Positions 58,644 to 64,000 of a stretch of 64,000 nucleotides of DNA are shown piece after piece. Under the pieces are notes generated by a model. The model was given only the letters and a program-made list of their open reading frames with translations, made no database searches and was not told the DNA's origin. A program made the translations under genes and the position numbers. The first letter of the stretch is position 1; each line of letters begins with the position of its first letter. The stretch is from contig JBFWJS010000002.1 of assembly GCA_050253075.1 (NCBI GenBank), positions 591,571 to 655,570 of the forward strand, in the 5' to 3' direction. The stretch is from Deferribacterales bacterium (GTDB lineage: Bacteria > Chrysiogenota > Deferribacteres > Deferribacterales > Geovibrionaceae).

Positions 58644-59934
58644 ATTCGTCCGGTCTGATGAGGTCTATCTTTATCTCTCTCATCGTCTTATATCCGTCGG
58701 TCTCTTCCACCACGTTATAAGTTAACGCCGCTTCGGAGACGCCCTCTATACTGCTCAGGTGCTTAGGGTGAAATTCGACTTTCAGCCCCCTTGCCTCTGA
58801 TATGTAATCCTCTATTCCATTTTTTCTAAAATATTTGACAGCCTTTGTGGCACTGCTTCCGTACAGCCTGACCGTCTTTATGAAGTGATCCCTTTCGGAA
58901 AGGTATTCAAAAGGCATGAGCTTCACGCCCGTGTTCTGTCCGTATATCTGCGATGTAAGCTTGTTTTCCAGACTGCAGTAATGAACGCCCATACCCAGAC
59001 CCTCCTCCGAAGCGTAACGGAGAAGTTCTATGCACTCCTCAGCACTGCCTGTGACCGGGAGACCGCCTGCATAGCCGTAGTCGTAAAAGACCTTGTATGG
59101 GCGTTCCTTTACTTTGAATCCGCGTGATCTGAACTTTTCATTGTTTATCCACGGGTAAAGGAATTCAAGTATATTGATCCCCTTACACCCCGCAGCGTCC
59201 AGATCTTTCAGGAGCTTTTTCATGACATTCAGCGTGCCCGGGATGACGGGCATCTCCACCATAGCAGAAGGTATATACCTGACTGCCAGTGCTACCTTAT
59301 CCACTGTTTCCTGCGGATATCCCGTGTCGGCAGCCTTTACACTTATTCTTATCTCGTCTAGTCCCGCATCGGCCAGTGACGCTGCCATTTCATCATCCAG
59401 AAAATCTCCGTTTGTATAGAGTCTCAGATGTGCTTCAGGGTATCTTGATCTGCACTCTTTAAAGAACTCCAGTGCCTTTTCAGGGAGTAGGAGCGGTTCT
59501 CCGCCCGTGAGAGCGATAGACCTGAACCCGCTGCCCGTGTCTGATGCAATCAGCTCTTCCAATGCATTGTTTATATTCTCGACAAAATAGTCGTAATTTT
59601 CCTGATTCATATTTGCGCAGAAGTAGCAGTCCTTATTGCACTTCAGCGTTTGAAAGACTGTCTTGGAACCTGCGCCTGTTCGGCAGTGTTCGCAAGCAGG
59701 GGATAGATGACCATAAGACAGGCTATGGCCGGAATTCCAGGAGATGATGCCGGCCATATCACGTAGCCTGTCAGGAAAAACATAAATAAAGGAGGTTTTT
59801 CCGTCGGTGTCGATTCCTGATTCTTTGACACTCTCCATAAAGTTTTCGTACGCTTCGATATGCCTTTCGGCATCTTTACGGAAAGTTTCATTATTTATTT
59901 CTGAAAGATTATTGCGGTCTAAAAATCTTATCAT
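58621..59934 (-). CDS. Radical SAM protein (COG2108-like)
   Basis: CNKDCYFC (CX3CX2C), upstream SPACEHC, TGGEP, LYTNG, EMPVIP, HYCS. Confidence 0.9.
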   Translation of the reverse strand: MIRFLDRNNLSEINNETFRKDAERHIEAYENFMESVKESGIDTDGKTSFIYVFPDRLRDMAGIISWNSGHSLSYGHLSPACEHCRTGAGSKTVFQTLKCNKDCYFCANMNQENYDYFVENINNALEELIASDTGSGFRSIALTGGEPLLLPEKALEFFKECRSRYPEAHLRLYTNGDFLDDEMAASLADAGLDEIRISVKAADTGYPQETVDKVALAVRYIPSAMVEMPVIPGTLNVMKKLLKDLDAAGCKGINILEFLYPWINNEKFRSRGFKVKERPYKVFYDYGYAGGLPVTGSAEECIELLRYASEEGLGMGVHYCSLENKLTSQIYGQNTGVKLMPFEYLSERDHFIKTVRLYGSSATKAVKYFRKNGIEDYISEARGLKVEFHPKHLSSIEGVSEAALTYNVVEETDGYKTMREIKIDLIRPDEFDFTNDI

Positions 59935-59948
59935 TTGCTTTCCTATTT

Positions 59949-59983
59949 AAAAAAAAGCGGAAGGGAGGGGCACTCCCCTCCGC
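59949..59983 (-). terminator. Intrinsic terminator between dmsB and the radical SAM gene
   Basis: Minus strand GCGGAGGGGAG...CTCCCTTCCGC followed by T8. Confidence 0.8.
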
Positions 59984-60001
59984 CATAGTTTTGGTTTACC
60001 T

Positions 60002-60616
60002 CTAGCTCTTTGGTTTAAAGAAGATAGATGGTAATGTATCGCCTGAATCGAGTGTATTGCCGTTTGCATCTCTATCTGTAGCAGGGAATCCTGTCACAGT
60101 TCTCACTGCTGTCGGATACTTTGCTGCGATCTCTTCGGCTGTACCGTAGTCGATAGCTCTCTGCGGGCATGATGCCACACATGAAGGAGCGAGCCCCTCT
60201 TCGAGTCTGTCCCAGCAGAAAGTACATTTCTGCATTGGGTGATCTACTGCCCAGCTTGAGTTTGGTACCGGTTCGCTCTCATCATCGCCGAACTGAGGTG
60301 CGCCGTAAGGGCAAGCCACAGCACATGCTTTGATGTTCTGACAGAGGTCACGGTTTACGATAACGATACCGTCCTCTTCTCTTTTATATATCGCGCCTAC
60401 CGGACAAGCTGCTGTACAAGCAGGGTTTTCACAGTGGTTACAGGATAAAACAAGGTTGAACACGTTAACGTTCGGGAATGTTCCTGATTCTTCTGTGCTC
60501 AGTCTTCTCCATCTAGCCTGACCGGGTTGAACATCGTTCCAGTCCTTACAGGCTACAACACAGGCATGACAGCCCATGCATCTATTTTGGTCAAAGTAAA
60601 ATGCCATTTGAGCCAT
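60002..60616 (-). CDS. dmsB: DMSO-reductase-family iron-sulfur subunit DmsB
   Basis: RCMGCHAC..ACKDWN, SCNHC.NPAC...CP, ACPYGAPQF, KC.FC, P.CV.SCP. Confidence 0.9.
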   Translation of the reverse strand: MAQMAFYFDQNRCMGCHACVVACKDWNDVQPGQARWRRLSTEESGTFPNVNVFNLVLSCNHCENPACTAACPVGAIYKREEDGIVIVNRDLCQNIKACAVACPYGAPQFGDDESEPVPNSSWAVDHPMQKCTFCWDRLEEGLAPSCVASCPQRAIDYGTAEEIAAKYPTAVRTVTGFPATDRDANGNTLDSGDTLPSIFFKPKS

Positions 60617-60626
60617 TTTAGTCCTC

Positions 60627-63551
60627 CTATGCTTTCGCTATTGTAACTTTACAGTCGTTGGCAGAAGTCATACCTTTACAGATCCTCGATGGACGTGCAG
60701 TTGTCAGTGTGTTTGCACAACCGCCGATATCGATACCGTTGGAGTTCTTCTGAGCCCATGAGCCCTGTCCGATGTATATGATCTTAGCAGGGACTCTCTG
60801 AGTTACATGTACTGATGCATACATCTTTCCTCTGTCGTTCTGGATGAGAACTTTGTCTCCGGATGTAACACCGATGTCGTTTGCATCTGACGGGTTGAGC
60901 CATATAGGTTCATACACGCCGTCGTCCCATACACCGTCGCCCCAGTCTCTGTTAGGATCGAGGAAGGCTTCGTTACCGTTGGCATCCTGTTTGAAGTTTT
61001 CGTTCAGGTATGCAACGTTGTTCAGTGTAGAGTGTGAACGGTACATTACGTGCCATGTGTGCAGAGTGTAATCGTATCCGCTGCCTTTTGTATCGAGCGG
61101 GTCATCGTGTACATACGGGCTTGTAGGGTCGGATTCGTCAACAGCGTGACGTCCTTCCACAGTCGGGATGTACATAGGGATAGGATATACGAATCTTCTC
61201 GCATCTGTTTTACCCACAGAGTCAGCATACGCACTGTAGATGTTTCCGCCGATAACTGCTGTACCGGGGCCTGCGTCTGTTGTAACTTCGTCGATGTTGT
61301 CATGATGTCTGGCTTCATAGTCTTCCATCATGGCAAGTGAGTAAGCCTCGAATTTACCTGTAGGTGTCGCAAGAGGACTGGCCTCAGGGTCGAGACGGAA
61401 AGCCTGGAACTGAATGTTGTATTCGTTTTCGTTGTATGTGGTATGGAGAGACGCAACGCCTTTCTCTACCCATTCATCATATGTCATGTTGTACTTGGCA
61501 GACAGGTTGGATGCTTCCCAGCCGTCTCTGAGACGTTCGTCCATACCTTCCTGACCTTCTGAATAACCGTCATAGTAGTCAGATTTAAGTCCGAGTTTAT
61601 CGGCGATACCGCCGCATATGTCGTATTCGGAAAGGACTTCACCGGGGATGTCTTTCACCTTATTCAGCCTGATACAAACTTCACCTGTACCCCAAGCATT
61701 TACAGCGCCCGGTTTTTCACCCTGCATTGTAGATGGGAGTATATAGTCTGCAATAGCTGCAGATGGTGTGAGGAAGTGGTCGAAGTTGACTATCATCTCA
61801 CATTTTGTTTTGTCGCTAAAGACGCCCATGTTGTAGTCTACGTCACCGGACTGGTTAACCATGATGTTACCGCCTGGGACGAAGATGATCTTACCGAATC
61901 CTTCGTGGATGGCTTTTACCTGACCGTCGTTCCATCTGGAATTTCCTGTACCTGCATTATCAACAGCATCAGGGATAACGAAAACAGGTATATCTGTTCT
62001 CGGACCTGAAGCAAGGTAGCTGATAGGAGATGTAACTCTTGTTGCATCGTAAAGTACAGATTCAAGATCAACACCGTTTCCTGCGCCCATGCCTACTCCA
62101 GGTGTGGATGCTGTTACGTTGTTTGTGTTACGTCCTGAACTCTGACCTGCAGCACCGAAGTTTTTAGAGAATACGCTGAAGATTCTGTTCAGCCATACAG
62201 CCTGCTCAGATTCAGTATGTCTCTGGTAACCGCCGCCGATCCATGTTGTTACTTTGTTGTTCATGTATGTAAGGGCGAGTTCTTTGATCTTAGCCACCGG
62301 AACACCTGTTATAGCAGAAGCCCACTCAGGTGTTTTAGCTCCCTGACCCCAGATCTTAACAGTTTTTTCGTAAAGCTCGTCAGCAGGATTTACGTTGTAA
62401 CCGATAGTATCGGGATAGATAGACACGGCATTGTTCAGACCTGCGAGTACTCCGCCGCCTGCTGGTGTAAGGTCTGTATCTGTACCCATAATGAATGCAG
62501 ATAAAGAACCGCCGTCAGGCACGCCGTAGTTAGCAGCAGGAACGTCTGCGTGTGCAGCAGCAATAGTGTTGCCTGTGTCGAAGAAGCCGTAGCAGTATTT
62601 TTTGATAAAGTCCGGATCAACGAGATCAGGATGCTCTTTCATGATGTAGTACATCATAGAAAGGAGAAGAGCTGCGTCTGTTCCCGGCATGATGTTTATG
62701 TATTCATCAGCGGCTGTTGCCACTGTTTTTGATACTCTTGTATCAACAGCGATAACAGGTACACCGCTCTCTTTAACCTGCTGGAGGTACCAGTTTGTGT
62801 TAGTACCGAATACAACCTCGTTAGGGTTGTAGCTCCAAAGAACGAGTACGTCAGCATTTTTAGCATCCTGACGTCCGTTACCGTAAGGTGAGCCGGTGTT
62901 TTTACCGTCTACGAAGTAGGATACGTGCTGCAGAGCAGGGAAGCTGTAGTTAGAGTAGTAGTATGTGTATCCGCCGGAAAGACCGAGAAGTCTGTGAAGA
63001 GAGTTTCCCGCCCAGCCGGATGCATCACCGGAAGAATAGATAGAATGTATACCTTTGCTTCCGTATCTGCCTATTACTTCGTTCATTTTAGCAGCGATCT
63101 CTGAGAACGCCTGATCCCATGAGATTCTCTGGAATCCGTTGATGTCGCCTCTGTTTCCTGTCTGTTTGAGAGGATACATGATACGGTCGTTACGATAGAA
63201 CCACTGTTTACGTGAACGGCATCTTACGCATGAACGGTATTCAGGGTCGTCACCGTTATTGAGCGGCTTGTCGCCTCTTTCATCTGTTACGATACGCTTA
63301 ACAACGCCGTCTTTTACATAATAACGGCTGACGCATCTACCGCCACAGTTGTGAGGTGTTCCCCCGGGGATTATCTCTTCCGTGATGGTAGGTACTTCGA
63401 TAGTATCGTCTTCTTCCATATATGTCTTGCCGCTTGAGCTTCCGCCGCCGCAACCGTAAAGGGCAGCAGTAGCACCGACAGCACTCGCTCCCTTAAGGAA
63501 GGTACGGCGAGTTACGTCTCTTGTGTTAAGAAGTTTATCTTTAAAACTCAT
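60627..63551 (-). CDS. dmsA: DmsA/YnfE-type molybdopterin oxidoreductase catalytic subunit, Tat lipoprotein
   Basis: RRTFLK and LYGC lipobox; HNCGGRC...C.R, NYS (putative Mo-ligating Ser), PGTD.A, TPEWA..ITGV, TPTGKFE, RSHST. Confidence 0.88.
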   Translation of the reverse strand: MSFKDKLLNTRDVTRRTFLKGASAVGATAALYGCGGGSSSGKTYMEEDDTIEVPTITEEIIPGGTPHNCGGRCVSRYYVKDGVVKRIVTDERGDKPLNNGDDPEYRSCVRCRSRKQWFYRNDRIMYPLKQTGNRGDINGFQRISWDQAFSEIAAKMNEVIGRYGSKGIHSIYSSGDASGWAGNSLHRLLGLSGGYTYYYSNYSFPALQHVSYFVDGKNTGSPYGNGRQDAKNADVLVLWSYNPNEVVFGTNTNWYLQQVKESGVPVIAVDTRVSKTVATAADEYINIMPGTDAALLLSMMYYIMKEHPDLVDPDFIKKYCYGFFDTGNTIAAAHADVPAANYGVPDGGSLSAFIMGTDTDLTPAGGGVLAGLNNAVSIYPDTIGYNVNPADELYEKTVKIWGQGAKTPEWASAITGVPVAKIKELALTYMNNKVTTWIGGGYQRHTESEQAVWLNRIFSVFSKNFGAAGQSSGRNTNNVTASTPGVGMGAGNGVDLESVLYDATRVTSPISYLASGPRTDIPVFVIPDAVDNAGTGNSRWNDGQVKAIHEGFGKIIFVPGGNIMVNQSGDVDYNMGVFSDKTKCEMIVNFDHFLTPSAAIADYILPSTMQGEKPGAVNAWGTGEVCIRLNKVKDIPGEVLSEYDICGGIADKLGLKSDYYDGYSEGQEGMDERLRDGWEASNLSAKYNMTYDEWVEKGVASLHTTYNENEYNIQFQAFRLDPEASPLATPTGKFEAYSLAMMEDYEARHHDNIDEVTTDAGPGTAVIGGNIYSAYADSVGKTDARRFVYPIPMYIPTVEGRHAVDESDPTSPYVHDDPLDTKGSGYDYTLHTWHVMYRSHSTLNNVAYLNENFKQDANGNEAFLDPNRDWGDGVWDDGVYEPIWLNPSDANDIGVTSGDKVLIQNDRGKMYASVHVTQRVPAKIIYIGQGSWAQKNSNGIDIGGCANTLTTARPSRICKGMTSANDCKVTIAKA

Positions 63552-63565
63552 ATTATACTCCCTAT

Positions 63566-63988
63566 CTATTTACTGTATTCATTGGGTGCGTGTGCACTCT
63601 TATGGCATGTAAAGCAGGTTGTCTCCTGAATCGGGTAATGACAGCTGCTTGTACAGTGACGATTTACAGGTTCTCTCCAGCCCGGTCTGTGAGATGCAGG
63701 CGGAGTCTCCTGGTGACACTGTATACATGAGTCCTCTCTATGGCAGGAACTGCAGGAATCGCTGTCCCATCTGGCCTCAATACCGTGGCCTTTCTTTATC
63801 CAGCCGTTGGTGTGGTTTCTCGGAGGTGTGTCCTGATGACACTTAATGCATGAAACCTCCTCCACGTGGCACTGGAGGCACTCGGATTTATCTATCTTGC
63901 TGGCATTGCCGTGACGCTCGATCCATGAAGTGTCGTGTGTAGACGGCTTCTCGGAGCTCACTGCATAAGCCACAAGAGACGTTGCCAT
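63566..63988 (-). CDS. Multiheme c-type cytochrome (5 CXXCH plus 1 CX3CH); probably 5'-truncated by the window edge
   Basis: CLQCH, CIKCH, CSSCH, CIQCH, CTSSCH, CFTCH; the frame stays open to position 64000. Confidence 0.88.
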   Translation of the reverse strand: MATSLVAYAVSSEKPSTHDTSWIERHGNASKIDKSECLQCHVEEVSCIKCHQDTPPRNHTNGWIKKGHGIEARWDSDSCSSCHREDSCIQCHQETPPASHRPGWREPVNRHCTSSCHYPIQETTCFTCHKSAHAPNEYSK

Positions 63989-64000
63989 AGTAATTAATAA

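Overview
A 64-kb bacterial chromosomal window, gene-dense and mostly housekeeping. Gene content (System I ccm genes, lipid A/Kdo genes, glyQ, NikR, flagella, anaerobic respiration) suggests a Gram-negative anaerobe, plausibly Deferribacterota (Denitrovibrio/Geovibrio/Seleniivibrio-like); this is inference only. In order: ccmA'BCD, MFS, porin, hslUV, waaA/lpxL, argDFG, glyQ, four tandem paralogous acidic proteins behind sigma54-type promoters, thiJ, trpB2, queH, NikR-nikMQO, a C39-peptidase/RimK/GCS2/amidohydrolase operon, engB, a flagellar cluster (fliK-flgDE, motAB-fliL-fliN-fliO-fliP-fliQ), lpxB, pilM, hisI, hypE, smpB, a hydrogenase-chemoreceptor operon and a DmsA-type molybdoenzyme operon. 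The most striking candidates are: (1) a Tat-exported [NiFe] hydrogenase lacking the cleavable C-terminal tail, translationally coupled to a heme-c/CZB chemoreceptor (candidate H2-taxis system); (2) a secreted caspase-family protease with a FliL-like C-terminal domain coupled to fliQ; (3) the four-paralog array; (4) a lipoprotein DmsA with a multiheme cytochrome and a radical SAM enzyme. Nine palindromic REP/MITE-like elements lie in intergenic spaces between 6 and 31 kb. No rRNA, tRNA, CRISPR array or transposase was seen. All calls are by eye; no database searches were run.
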